DNA of 32,000 bases from Fastidiosibacter lacustris (GTDB lineage Bacteria; Pseudomonadota; Gammaproteobacteria; Francisellales; Francisellaceae), in the NCBI RefSeq assembly GCF_003428155.1, contig NZ_QLIR01000004.1, forward strand, positions 94,050-126,049, read 5' to 3'. Positions 18,058 to 27,982 of this stretch are shown piece after piece. Under the pieces are notes generated by a model, which had not been told where the DNA came from, did not search any database, and was given only the letters and a program-made list of their open reading frames with translations. Every line of letters begins with the position of its first letter. The stretch's first letter is position 1. Made by a program: the position numbers and the translations under genes.

Positions 18058-19446
18058 ATGAAAAGAATTACAATACTATTAAGTGGATTATTAATGACTG
18101 GATTAGCGTTAGCTAAGATAGACACGATGGATGCTGATGTAGAAAAAACAGCTTCTCTACCACAAAATTTGTCACAGATTTATGCACTTGCACAACAACA
18201 TAATGCACAATATTTAGCAGCAGAAGCGACATTTAAATCAACTGAGCAAAACGTACCACAAGCTTTAGGTAAGCTATTGCCAAATATTACCGCAAGCTAT
18301 AATGCACAGAGTAACTACAGCCAAACTGTGGATGAGTCAACGGGTGCTAAAAACAAATATTTTACTCAAGCGCCTAGCTTAACAGCAACACAAGCACTCT
18401 TTAATTGGGGAGCGTGGGGAGGATATAACTATGCAAGTTATCAAGCTAAAGCAGATGCGATTACTTTTGTGATTGCGCAAGCAAATTTAATTATTTTTGT
18501 TACAAGTGCATATTTTGCGGTATTACAAGCAGAAGACAACCTTGCTTATGCACAAGCAAATGAATCTTGGAATAAAGAATTGCTCAATCAAACGCAAGAA
18601 AAATATAAAGTGGGATTATCGGCTATTACCGATGTCCAAGCAATTAAAGCACAATATGAACAATCAGTAGCGGTAACTGTGCAAGCTAAAAACAACTTAG
18701 CGACAGCGTTTTCGCAAATCAGTCAAATTATCGGTGAACAGGTGACATCGATTGAAAATTTAAGTGACAAATTCCCATTCGACAAACCACAGCCAGACAA
18801 TATGGATAAGTGGCTGCAAATTGCATTAAAGCAAAATAATAATATTGTACAAAATCAATTTTTAGTGGAGGCAGCTCAAGCGGGTGTAAGTGGTTTATGG
18901 GGAGCATTTTTGCCTGCGGCAGAGTTAAATGCTTCTTTGTCACGTAACTTAAATTACCAAAATAAAAACTATACGTCAGGGAGCACAACTTCAGCAGCTG
19001 GTGTTGGGGTGAGCTGGAATCTTGTCAATGGTGGCAGTGACTATGCGGCATTAAAATCTCAACAATATACAGCAACAGCGACCAAATATACTTTGCAAGA
19101 AACACAGCGTGCAACGGAAAGTAAGCTAAAAACAGCTTACCTAACCGTGTTATCCGACATTGCTCAAGTAGAGGCCTACAAGCAAGCAGTTATTGCAGCA
19201 GAAGCTTCTGTTAAAGCGATGAAAGCAGGTTATGATGTAGGAACGCACACTATTGTCGATCTGTTACAACAACAGCAACAACTCTTCCAAGCCCAAAGGC
19301 AATATGCTCAGGCAAAATATGCTTATATCAATGATTTATTGACTTTGAAAAATACAGCTGGGGTATTGAGCTATAAAGACGTTGATGCAATCAACAAATG
19401 GTTAACTGCTGAGAAAGTATCAACACAAAGTAGCAGTATGATTTAA
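18058..19446 (+). CDS. tolC: TolC-family outer membrane efflux protein
   Basis: Signal peptide, 'LPQNLSQIYALAQQHNAQYLAAEATFKSTEQNVPQALGKLLPNITASYNAQ', 'AQANLIIFVTSAYFAVLQAEDNLAYAQA', 'AGYDVGTHTIVDLLQQQQQLFQAQRQYAQAKYAYI'. Confidence 0.95.
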   Translation: MKRITILLSGLLMTGLALAKIDTMDADVEKTASLPQNLSQIYALAQQHNAQYLAAEATFKSTEQNVPQALGKLLPNITASYNAQSNYSQTVDESTGAKNKYFTQAPSLTATQALFNWGAWGGYNYASYQAKADAITFVIAQANLIIFVTSAYFAVLQAEDNLAYAQANESWNKELLNQTQEKYKVGLSAITDVQAIKAQYEQSVAVTVQAKNNLATAFSQISQIIGEQVTSIENLSDKFPFDKPQPDNMDKWLQIALKQNNNIVQNQFLVEAAQAGVSGLWGAFLPAAELNASLSRNLNYQNKNYTSGSTTSAAGVGVSWNLVNGGSDYAALKSQQYTATATKYTLQETQRATESKLKTAYLTVLSDIAQVEAYKQAVIAAEASVKAMKAGYDVGTHTIVDLLQQQQQLFQAQRQYAQAKYAYINDLLTLKNTAGVLSYKDVDAINKWLTAEKVSTQSSSMI

Positions 19447-19480
19447 TGACAAAGAGAGTATATAAAGAAAAGAGAAATAA

Positions 19481-20011
19481 ATGTTAAAACGAAGTGCTGA
19501 TAAACTCAGTAAGCTTGAAGTTTTTCTTGAGCGTGCCATTTTTGCAAGTCGCTGGATTCAAGCGCCAATTTACCTTATTTTAGTATTGGTTTTGCTTGCT
19601 TTTGTTTATCAAATGGCAAGCGAAGTTTTACACCTTTTTATGACGATAAAGAGCTTAGCACCGCATGAGCTGATTGTGCTTGGTTTGACTTTGTGTGATA
19701 CCGTTTTGGTGGCAAACTTAATCGTGATTGTAATTATCAGTGGCTATGAGAATTTTGTCTCAAAAATCGACGTTGAACACAAATCAGGTGAACCTATTTG
19801 GATTAAACGCTTGTCACATACGGGTGTTAAGCTTAAAATTGCAGGATCAATTGTGGCAATTTCCTCTATTTCATTACTTAAGCAATTTTTGGATATTCCA
19901 CAGTTATCGAACCGTGATTTGATGTGGTATGTATTATTGCACTTAACTTTTTTAGTTTCAGCGTTAATATTGGTATTTGTAGGTCTGTTAGAGAAAAAAA
20001 TAAAAGAATAG
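19481..20011 (+). CDS. YqhA/UPF0114-family inner membrane protein
   Basis: 'FLERAIFASRWIQAPIYLILVLVLLAFVYQMASE...LGLTLCDTVLVANLIVIVIISGYENFVSKID' typical of YqhA-like proteins. Confidence 0.85.
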   Translation: MLKRSADKLSKLEVFLERAIFASRWIQAPIYLILVLVLLAFVYQMASEVLHLFMTIKSLAPHELIVLGLTLCDTVLVANLIVIVIISGYENFVSKIDVEHKSGEPIWIKRLSHTGVKLKIAGSIVAISSISLLKQFLDIPQLSNRDLMWYVLLHLTFLVSALILVFVGLLEKKIKE

Positions 20012-20209
20012 TTTAGACGGTTAATAAACCCTCTATCACCTAAAGAAAATAAAAAGCATTCCGTTTGTGCTTTGACCGCTATCATTCTATAAGCTATAAG
20101 CATAGCTTTATATGAAGTCACTATAAGTAACATTGATTAAATGATTAAGCGTACATAATAAGTAAACGTTATTGCCAATGTGCCTTACATAATAAACACG
20201 AGTGAAAAT

Positions 20210-20635
20210 ATGAATATAATGGAACGACAACAGGCTTTGATTGATGACTTTAATTTTTTTGACGATTGGAGTGATAAATATGCCTATTTGATTGGTTTAG
20301 GCAAGAATTTAGAACCTTTCCCAGAGAGTAAAAAAGATGAAGCACACATGGTTAAAGGTTGTCAGTCACAAGTGTGGTTTGATGCGCAGTTGCAACAAGG
20401 CAAGCTTATGTTTCATGGTATCAGTGATGCCGCAATTGTATCGGGTTTAATTGGATTGCTATTGCAAGTTTATAGCGATGCCTTTCCTCATGAAATTCTT
20501 GATTCTACTACTGATTTTATGACAGAAATTGGATTGGCTAAACACCTAAGTCCAACACGTAATAATGGATTATATGCCATGATCAACTATATCTATAGTA
20601 CGGCACAAAAATATGTCGATGCAACAACCCCCTAA
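20210..20635 (+). CDS. sufE: SufE-family Fe-S cluster assembly sulfur acceptor
   Basis: 'QQALIDDFNFFDDWSDKYAYLIGLGKNLEPFPESKKDEAHMVKGCQSQVWFDAQ' including the conserved GCQSQVW. ATG 20210 preferred over the upstream GTG at 20180. Confidence 0.9.
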   Translation: MNIMERQQALIDDFNFFDDWSDKYAYLIGLGKNLEPFPESKKDEAHMVKGCQSQVWFDAQLQQGKLMFHGISDAAIVSGLIGLLLQVYSDAFPHEILDSTTDFMTEIGLAKHLSPTRNNGLYAMINYIYSTAQKYVDATTP

Positions 20636-21377
20636 AGTTATTGTCTGCCGACCTGAGCCCAAAGCAACTGAACTTGTGGAGCAATTAAATAAATGTGATA
20701 TAAGTGCAGTTGTTATTGAGCCTTTTATAATCAATTATTTGCCTTTTGAGCTTAATGCAATTGATAGGGTGACAGATATGATCTTTACGAGTACCTTTGC
20801 TGTTGAAGCTTTCTTCCACCAAATGGTGCCTATTGATATGCTTGACGACAAAAAAATATGGGCGATTGGTGAGGCGACCAAGGCTAAGCTTAAAGCGTTT
20901 GGGTTAAGTGCAATCGCGCCGCAACATGCTGACTCAGAGGGACTACTTGAAGTGATGGATTATAGCGCAGATGTATTATCTAAAGGGCACTTTTTGATTG
21001 TGAAAGGCGAAGGAGGACGCGAGTATTTAGCATATGCTTTAGCAAACAAAGTCAAAAAATTAACAATGGTGGACTGTTATCGGCGCGTATTCGTGAGTAA
21101 GCATGATTTAGTGCAACAATTGCAATCTATCGACTCTCAAACAGCGCCTTGCGTTATTCTCTATACTAGCTTTGATGCCATGCAAGCAACGATGGCGATG
21201 TTTGATCTGTACCCTAGTTGGCGCAATGAATCTATCGTTACTGTAACAAATACCCGAATGTTAAGCTGGGCTAAATGCCAAGGTTTTGTTAAATTATATT
21301 TGTTAGAGAAATTGAGCAACGATGCGCTTATAAACACACTTATGACACTGCTCAAAAAAGGGATGGTAAGATGGTAA
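20613..21377 (+). CDS. hemD: Uroporphyrinogen-III synthase
   Basis: 'VIVCRPEPKATELVEQL...IFTSTFAVEAFF...WAIGEATKAKLKAFGL...LIVKGEGGREYLAYAL' with hemX and hemY downstream; overlaps the sufE-like 3' end by 23 bp. Confidence 0.85.
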   Translation: MSMQQPPKVIVCRPEPKATELVEQLNKCDISAVVIEPFIINYLPFELNAIDRVTDMIFTSTFAVEAFFHQMVPIDMLDDKKIWAIGEATKAKLKAFGLSAIAPQHADSEGLLEVMDYSADVLSKGHFLIVKGEGGREYLAYALANKVKKLTMVDCYRRVFVSKHDLVQQLQSIDSQTAPCVILYTSFDAMQATMAMFDLYPSWRNESIVTVTNTRMLSWAKCQGFVKLYLLEKLSNDALINTLMTLLKKGMVRW

Positions 21378-22624
21378 ATGAAACGACTAAGCATGATGAG
21401 GATCCAACAGCGCAACAAACACAAAACACTGATGTGCCATTAACACATATTAAAGAGCGGCAAGCGCTTTTAATAGAGGAACCTGATGTGTCCAAACTTA
21501 TAAAAGATAAGCTCTATAGATCAAGCGGGCGAGGATATACTTTTATTGTGTTATTAGCCATTGGTATTGCGCTATGTGGATTGGGGGTAGGTCTATTTGC
21601 ATTGTATAAGCAGCAAAGTTATAACGCGGTATTGCAAGAATTCGTCAGTGTCGAACAAATGCCAACCAAGATAGATGATAGTGTTGTTAAAGCTTTGCAA
21701 AATAAGCTTAATACTCAAGATATGCTGATGAATAAGCAGCAAGACGCATTAACTGTATTACAAGCACAACAAACAAAGCAAAAATCAGAAATAGATAATG
21801 CATTAAAAGCAAACGATCTTAATCAGGTCGAGCTTGCACAAAAACTTAGCCAATTACAGCAAAGCTATTTATTGCCAACTACTGAGTTAAGTAAGCAAAT
21901 TCAGCTTATGCGCAAACAAACACTCATCCTAAACCTAGCGTTTGCTAAACAAGCATGGCAAGTTCTAGGCAGCACAACACAAACTCTATTTTTCATTAAT
22001 CAAGCAAAATCGATACTTATTAACATCGATCAAGCTGGTGGATGGTTTCCCAAACTTGATGCCATTGCCACAGAATTACAAAATAGTGTAAGTATTGAAG
22101 ATAACTTCATCAAGATCTCTACTTTGCAAGCTCTACTTCTAAAATTAAAATCGTTACCACCTATTGCTCTAGATCAAACTAATAAAGCAACTGCTGTAGT
22201 GCAATCAAATGCAGCTGATGAAAGTTGGAGCAAGGCGATTGATGTTTTATGGCAGCAAGTAAAATCGCTTATTCAAGTACAAAAACTCACAAATGACAAT
22301 AGCGTTTTACTTGCTCAAAATGCGCATTTTAAAATACTGGCAAATTTATATGAATTATTACTTGAGCTTAAAATTGCACTTCTGAATAACGATGCCCCAT
22401 TGTTGCAAACCATTAAAGAAACATTGGATAAAAATATCCTCAGTTACTTTGCTGATGATCAAACAAGGCAAGCTGCACTTGCGCTAATTGCACAAATTAA
22501 AGTTACACCTGCTAAGATAAATGATGAAATTGATCAATTAATCACATCCATTCAACAAAACTCGGTTGAAACGACTACACCACAAATGAATTTTCCACAA
22601 GAACCACAAGGTAAGCTATCATGA
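21371..22624 (+). CDS. hemX: Uroporphyrinogen-III C-methyltransferase-like protein HemX (membrane-anchored, coiled coil)
   Basis: Single N-terminal TM (YTFIVLLAIGIALCGLGVGLFALY), coiled-coil and HemX-like C-terminal domain; position between hemD and hemY. Confidence 0.8.
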   Translation: MVNETTKHDEDPTAQQTQNTDVPLTHIKERQALLIEEPDVSKLIKDKLYRSSGRGYTFIVLLAIGIALCGLGVGLFALYKQQSYNAVLQEFVSVEQMPTKIDDSVVKALQNKLNTQDMLMNKQQDALTVLQAQQTKQKSEIDNALKANDLNQVELAQKLSQLQQSYLLPTTELSKQIQLMRKQTLILNLAFAKQAWQVLGSTTQTLFFINQAKSILINIDQAGGWFPKLDAIATELQNSVSIEDNFIKISTLQALLLKLKSLPPIALDQTNKATAVVQSNAADESWSKAIDVLWQQVKSLIQVQKLTNDNSVLLAQNAHFKILANLYELLLELKIALLNNDAPLLQTIKETLDKNILSYFADDQTRQAALALIAQIKVTPAKINDEIDQLITSIQQNSVETTTPQMNFPQEPQGKLS

Positions 22625-23793
22625 AAAAGGTAGCATGGTTAATATTGATTTGTGCTTTAGCAGTACTTGGCAGTCTGTCGGTATTGTATCATCCTGGTGT
22701 GGTTGCTTTTTTTGTCGATGATACTTTGATTAAACTGCCGTTATGGTTATTCATCGTTATTATTGTTGTGGGACTTACTATTTTAGGTTTTGTTTATCAT
22801 TTACTTAAGGTAGTTGTGTTTACGCCAAGACATTGGTGGCAAACCTTGCACATGCGTAAAAAAAAGAAACTCAATATATTACTTGTTGAAATGCAAAAAG
22901 CCTATTTATTACAAGATCAACGCTATATTGATAAACATAAAGCGCAAGCTAAGCTTGATACTCCCGAGGTTGGTGAAGGGTTGACCATGCTCTATTGGCA
23001 AAGTCTTTACGATGCAGGTAAATATAAAGAATTACAAAGTATTTTACTTGCGCTAAAAAGACAGATGGAACTTGAGTTTATTTGGCGTTATTATCAAGCG
23101 ATGATTTTCGTTAAGGTTGCTGAATATGGCGAAGCGTTGGCACTGTTGCAGGGTTTAATCGAACAAGAACCACGTAGCAAAAGCCTTATTCATACACTTA
23201 TCATCTGTCAGATTGAACAAAAACAATCTATCATTGCTCGAAATACGATTGTTAAATATCAACATTTATTCAGCTTGGATGAGCTTAATCACTATTTTGA
23301 ACAGATTTTAATGTCTGTGGTAAGCTACAATGATTTAAGTGAAATTTGGCAAGGCTTGCCAAAACGTTGTCGTATAACGAGTGGGCTTGACTGTGTATAC
23401 TTTAAACGACTAGCAGCTTTTGTACCTCTTGCTGATTTTAGAGAGCAAATTCAAAAGGAGCTAACACATCGACTTAGATTTGAACTGGTATTGCTTTATT
23501 TAAATAAACTAAAAGATCAAAGAGCGTATGAATTTATAAAAGCATGTTGGCTTAAACAAAATGATGGTGATTTAGATCAATTAAATTTGTTGTTGCTAAC
23601 ACAAGCGCTTGTTTATCAGGATTGGGAATTTATGGAAACACATATAGATCGACTACAACGCACAAAGCTTACGACTCAAGAGGAGGTAAAATATTTACTG
23701 TTACGCTCAAAATTTTGTGAGCATCAATCTATGCCAAATCAAGCACATAAGCTTTTAGCTGAAGTAGAACAGCTATTATTGGAGTTAAAATGA
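22621..23793 (+). CDS. hemY: HemY (TPR-containing heme-biosynthesis-associated protein)
   Basis: Two N-terminal TMs, 'VVFTPRHWWQTLHMRKKKKLNILLVEMQKAYLLQDQ', TPR-like remainder; 4-bp overlap with hemX. Confidence 0.8.
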   Translation: MKKVAWLILICALAVLGSLSVLYHPGVVAFFVDDTLIKLPLWLFIVIIVVGLTILGFVYHLLKVVVFTPRHWWQTLHMRKKKKLNILLVEMQKAYLLQDQRYIDKHKAQAKLDTPEVGEGLTMLYWQSLYDAGKYKELQSILLALKRQMELEFIWRYYQAMIFVKVAEYGEALALLQGLIEQEPRSKSLIHTLIICQIEQKQSIIARNTIVKYQHLFSLDELNHYFEQILMSVVSYNDLSEIWQGLPKRCRITSGLDCVYFKRLAAFVPLADFREQIQKELTHRLRFELVLLYLNKLKDQRAYEFIKACWLKQNDGDLDQLNLLLLTQALVYQDWEFMETHIDRLQRTKLTTQEEVKYLLLRSKFCEHQSMPNQAHKLLAEVEQLLLELK

Positions 23794-24566
23794 TCTATGT
23801 TAAACGTTGGTATTTAAACAATTCGCTGAGAAATTATAATTATTCGTTGGTAAATGATGTCAGTCAAACAGCTTTAATTATTGATCCTACTTTGGTTGAT
23901 CATTTTGTTCAATTTTGTGAACAAAATGCACTTAAACCAGAGGCGATTTTATTGACACATGAACATGGTGATCACGTTGGCGCTGCTGTTTCTTTGAAAG
24001 AAAAATATCAGCTTCCAATTTATGCCCATTTCTATGAGTTTAGGGGAGCTCGGGTTGATTATGTTATAACAGACGGTGAAAACTTAAGCTTTTCAACCGC
24101 AGACTGCACGGTGATGGCATGTCCTGGGCATACGGCATCACACGTAAGTTTTTATGTTCAGGAACAAGGGCTTTTGTTTTGTGGTGATACGATTTTTACA
24201 GCGGGGGTAGGGAATCTAAAAGATAGTACAGCTGATGTGAATGCGCTTTATGAGAGTATTTTGCGCTTGGTGAGTTTACCAGGTTTAGTGAAGCTTTATC
24301 CAGCACACGATTATTTTGAAAATAATTTGTTATTTGCTCAAAGTATTGATGCTCATGATCAAGCATTTCAAATCTGGTATAAAAAAGTAAAGGATGTTCC
24401 AGCTGAAGACAAGCCGATCACCAGTATTCAAGATGAAAAATCGATGAATATCTTTTTGCGTACGCATGAACCCAATTTACAGCATATTTTACAGCGATCT
24501 AATAGAAAAGTGATAGATGCTAAATCAGCTTTTTGTGAATTAAGGGCACGTAAAGATGTCTTCTGA
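23790..24566 (+). CDS. Metallo-beta-lactamase-fold hydrolase (glyoxalase II-like)
   Basis: 'ILLTHEHGDHVGAAVSL', 'MACPGHTASHVSFYVQEQGLLFCGDTIFTAGVGNL', 'LYPAHDYFENNL'. Confidence 0.88.
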   Translation: MIYVKRWYLNNSLRNYNYSLVNDVSQTALIIDPTLVDHFVQFCEQNALKPEAILLTHEHGDHVGAAVSLKEKYQLPIYAHFYEFRGARVDYVITDGENLSFSTADCTVMACPGHTASHVSFYVQEQGLLFCGDTIFTAGVGNLKDSTADVNALYESILRLVSLPGLVKLYPAHDYFENNLLFAQSIDAHDQAFQIWYKKVKDVPAEDKPITSIQDEKSMNIFLRTHEPNLQHILQRSNRKVIDAKSAFCELRARKDVF

Positions 24567-25329
24567 TTACTATCCGTTATCGGATTTACTTCATGTCATG
24601 CAGGTGATGCGTGATGAAGAAAAAGGATGTGCTTGGACAAGGTCACAAACTTGGTATTCATTAACGGAACACACCTTAGAAGAAGCATATGAATTGGTCG
24701 ATGCGATTGAGCACAAAAATGCAATTGACGTTAAATACGAGCTTGCTGATCTATTAAATCAAGTAATTTTTTATGCCCAAATTGCGAAAGAGCAAAAACT
24801 ATTTGATTTTAATGATATCGTTCATGTTTTAACGGATAAACTCATTCGACGTCATCCGGATGTTTTTGGCGATGGTCAAATACGAGAAATTGAACTATTG
24901 GAAAAACAATGGCAACAAATCAAGCAAAAAGAGCGTGGTGAGCGCCAAAGTGAACTTGATGAGATTGCACTTAACTTACCTGCGTTAAGTATGGCAAAAA
25001 AATTACAGATGAGAGCTTCAGCTGTAGGTTTTGACTGGGATAATATTGAGGATGTCTTTGATAAACTGGTCAGTGAAGTCAATGAACTTAAACAAGTACT
25101 AAAAGTAGATGAAAAAAAAGCACAAGAAGAATTGGGAGATTTAATGTTTAGTTGTGTAAATTTAGCACGCCATTTAAAAGCAGATCCCGAAATGCTTTTG
25201 CGTGGGGCAAATAAAAAATTCGAACGGCGTTTTCGCGGTATTGAAATTGCTTTAAAAGAAAAAAAACGCCATATACGTGATGTAAGTCTTGATGAGTTAA
25301 ATGCACTGTGGGAAGCTCAAAAAAAGTGA
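24556..25329 (+). CDS. mazG: Nucleoside triphosphate pyrophosphohydrolase MazG
   Basis: 'VMRDEEKGCAWTRSQTWYSLTEHTLEEAYELVDAIE...ELADLLNQVIFYAQIAKE', 'RRHPDVFGD', 'EVNELKQVLK...EELGDLMFSCVNLARHLKADPEMLLRGANKKFERRF'. Confidence 0.95.
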   Translation: MSSDYYPLSDLLHVMQVMRDEEKGCAWTRSQTWYSLTEHTLEEAYELVDAIEHKNAIDVKYELADLLNQVIFYAQIAKEQKLFDFNDIVHVLTDKLIRRHPDVFGDGQIREIELLEKQWQQIKQKERGERQSELDEIALNLPALSMAKKLQMRASAVGFDWDNIEDVFDKLVSEVNELKQVLKVDEKKAQEELGDLMFSCVNLARHLKADPEMLLRGANKKFERRFRGIEIALKEKKRHIRDVSLDELNALWEAQKK

Positions 25330-25342
25330 TAAGTAGCAGATA

Positions 25343-26827
25343 ATGAAGAATATTAATTATTTCACTTTTTTAAACAATCGACTGTCAATTCAGAAATTTT
25401 TGAGTATTTGTCTTATTTTATTGATTACTTGTTCAATCTTTATTTTAGGGATTTTCAATTATTATAAAATGCGTCAACAAAATGAAGATTTGTTTAAAAT
25501 GCAGATGGTTAATAGTGCGAATGCAATTGATGCTTTGTTATCTGCAGCAGTAAAAGATAGTTCTAAGCGTCAACTTAGTGATTTGTTGAAATCTAATTCA
25601 TTGACCATGCTTGATAACATCGCTGATAACCTAAAGCCAAAAGTTGCGCAATTTGATAATGTTTATCAAGACTCATTTGCTTTTCAAGTTTATGATCGAC
25701 GCAATGGTAATCTATTGTTGCATTCTACTGGCTCGCCAGAGATGTCAACTTTTCAAAAAGGTACATTAGATACTTTTCAAACCATGAACTTAAAAACAGC
25801 AAAAGGTATGCAAGCATGGAATATGTTTAGTATCAATAGTCGTTACCAACCTTATCGTATTGTGGTTTTGGTGAGCTCTGACTTCAAGCATCAGATGTTT
25901 TTAAATCTATTTCGTAGTGCGATATGGGATTTAGTTATCTTGTACGTATTTTTATTGTTTTCGATATTTGTTATTGTGCAATTAGCCTTGCGTCCACTAT
26001 CGGATATTCGTCGTGCTATTGCGGTAAAAGATCCACGTAAACCGGAACCCATTGCCATTAAAACTGCACCACCTGAAGTGCTACCACTTTTAAATCAGCT
26101 GAATACTTTGTTTCAAAAAATTAGCAAGGTACTAGACCGTGAAAAGCGCTTTGCTAGTGATGCTGCACATGAGCTTAAAACACCGCTTGCTGCACTTAAA
26201 ACTCAGGCAGAAGTAGCTCTAAACTTAAATGATATAGATGAAATCAAAAAAAAGATTGCGAATATCATCAGTGGAGCAGATCGCTATTTTTATATTATTG
26301 ATCAACTTTTAACCTTAAGTCGCTTAGAACCACAACAAGACTTACCCAATAAACAGCAAGTCAATGCAAATATTGTAGCTGAGAATCAACTAGCAGATTT
26401 AGCGTTGTTAGCGCTGCATAAAAACATTGATTTACAATTTATGCCAAGCAAAGAGTCTGCCTATGTTTTTGCTAGCGAAGCACTACTTGGTGTCCTTTTT
26501 CGAAACCTCATTGATAATGCAATTCGCTATACGCAAGCCTCAGGTAAGGTGACCTTATATAGTTATGTCACTAAAGACACAGTGATTTTTGAAGTCGTCG
26601 ATAATGGCATAGGTATAGCAGAAGATAAGCAAAAAAGGATTTTTGATCGATTTTATCGAGAAGTCGGGACAGGTCAGGCTGGAAGTGGTTTAGGCTTATC
26701 AATTGCAAAGGAAATTGTGCGTTTACATGATGGTCAAATTAGTGCCCGCACATCAGAAGGTGGGCAGGGATTGACTCTAATGGTAAGCTTTCCTTATTGC
26801 AAGGTTACAACACTAATATCTACATAA
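25343..26827 (+). CDS. Membrane sensor histidine kinase (QseC/PmrB-like)
   Basis: Two TMs, HAMP-like linker, H-box 'RFASDAAHELKTPLAALKTQAEVAL', N-box 'NLIDNAIRYTQ', G-boxes 'DNGIGI' and 'GSGLGLSIAKEIVRLH'. Confidence 0.95.
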   Translation: MKNINYFTFLNNRLSIQKFLSICLILLITCSIFILGIFNYYKMRQQNEDLFKMQMVNSANAIDALLSAAVKDSSKRQLSDLLKSNSLTMLDNIADNLKPKVAQFDNVYQDSFAFQVYDRRNGNLLLHSTGSPEMSTFQKGTLDTFQTMNLKTAKGMQAWNMFSINSRYQPYRIVVLVSSDFKHQMFLNLFRSAIWDLVILYVFLLFSIFVIVQLALRPLSDIRRAIAVKDPRKPEPIAIKTAPPEVLPLLNQLNTLFQKISKVLDREKRFASDAAHELKTPLAALKTQAEVALNLNDIDEIKKKIANIISGADRYFYIIDQLLTLSRLEPQQDLPNKQQVNANIVAENQLADLALLALHKNIDLQFMPSKESAYVFASEALLGVLFRNLIDNAIRYTQASGKVTLYSYVTKDTVIFEVVDNGIGIAEDKQKRIFDRFYREVGTGQAGSGLGLSIAKEIVRLHDGQISARTSEGGQGLTLMVSFPYCKVTTLIST

Positions 26828-26960
26828 GGGCGAAGCGTTGGGCAAGTAGCAAGGGTCGCGTGTATGGGATGACGATAGACTTGGCTTAAGGTTGAAAGCA
26901 CTTATTAATCAATGTTAGGATGGTTTTTATGAATCAGGATAGAAAAGAGAAATAAGCACG

Positions 26961-27977
26961 ATGAAAAACACGAGTTTTAAGATTTGTGATGTTAATGTAT
27001 CTCCTGGGGAAAAAGCAACTTTGGCACTCCCATTACCAGAGCAGTATTCCTGTTCCCCGATGTATATGCCAATAAAAGTGATCAATGGACAACAAAAAGG
27101 TGAGTGCTTGTTGGTGTTTGCGATGACAGATGGCAATGAGTTTAACGGTTTGGAAATCGTTAACCAGTTGTTTGATGATATATCAGCGAATGAAATAGCA
27201 GGAACACTCATTACCATTCCAGTATTAAACGTTTATGGTTTAGCGCATTTTCCTGAGTTCACACCAAATGGTATGAAGCTAAGTGACTGGTTTCCAGGAG
27301 ATGAAAATGGTAATTTTGGTGAACGCATTGCACATGTATTCACTCATGAAATACTAAAAAAAGTGAATTATTGTATAGAGCTGCAAACTGGCTCACTTAA
27401 TCATGAAATTTTGCCGCAAGTATATTGTAATTTTGATAGTAAAGAAGCAAGAAAACTTGCTCGAGCTTTCCAAGCGCCCGTTATTACTGAAGTGGAAACA
27501 AAAATAAGTAGCCTAAGAATGACAGCAGAGAACCTAAACGTTCCAGTATTAGTATATGAAGCAGGTGAAGCCATGCGTTTTGATCAGCAAGCAATTCAAG
27601 TCGGTTTAGTGGGTGTGAAAAATGTTATGCGTACACTTAAAATGCTAGAGGGAGCAGTGAGTGAGAGTATTGCTTTAGTCTTCTCTAAGGATGATGATTG
27701 GATTATTTCCTCCTCATCTGGCGTGTTGCATAGCGATGTGTCTCTTGGTGAGTCGATTACAAAAGGAGAAAAAATTGGTAGACTGTCTGACCCATTTAGT
27801 AATGAAAATGCAACGATTATCAAATCCGACCTGGATGGTGTGATCGTTGGAATTAACCGTTCACCTTTGATACAGGAAGGCACGTCTATTTTTAAAGTTG
27901 CATCTTTCGTCGACAATGAAAAAGCCAAAGCCATATTGGAAGAATGGCAGGAGACAAAATTTGAGGGAGATGGGTAG
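26961..27977 (+). CDS. Succinylglutamate desuccinylase/aspartoacylase-family zinc carboxypeptidase-like protein
   Basis: 'VFAMTDGNEFNGLEIVNQLFDDISANEIAGTLITIPVLNVYG', 'GSLNHEILPQVYCNF', 'VYEAGEAMRFDQQAI'. Note: the usual M14-type 'GxHGxE' site appears here as 'AMTDGNEFNG'. Confidence 0.8.
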   Translation: MKNTSFKICDVNVSPGEKATLALPLPEQYSCSPMYMPIKVINGQQKGECLLVFAMTDGNEFNGLEIVNQLFDDISANEIAGTLITIPVLNVYGLAHFPEFTPNGMKLSDWFPGDENGNFGERIAHVFTHEILKKVNYCIELQTGSLNHEILPQVYCNFDSKEARKLARAFQAPVITEVETKISSLRMTAENLNVPVLVYEAGEAMRFDQQAIQVGLVGVKNVMRTLKMLEGAVSESIALVFSKDDDWIISSSSGVLHSDVSLGESITKGEKIGRLSDPFSNENATIIKSDLDGVIVGINRSPLIQEGTSIFKVASFVDNEKAKAILEEWQETKFEGDG

Positions 27978-27982
27978 AGCAA

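Noticed and set aside
20091-20108. AAGCTAT-aagc-ATAGCTT hairpin between yqhA-like and sufE
   Set aside because: 7-bp AT-rich stem without GC-rich core or T-tract; too weak to call a terminator.
26929-26955. Mini-ORF MNQDRKEK* preceding the aspartoacylase-family gene, considered as leader peptide
   Set aside because: Only 8 codons, no regulatory codon run or attenuator hairpins seen; likely chance.
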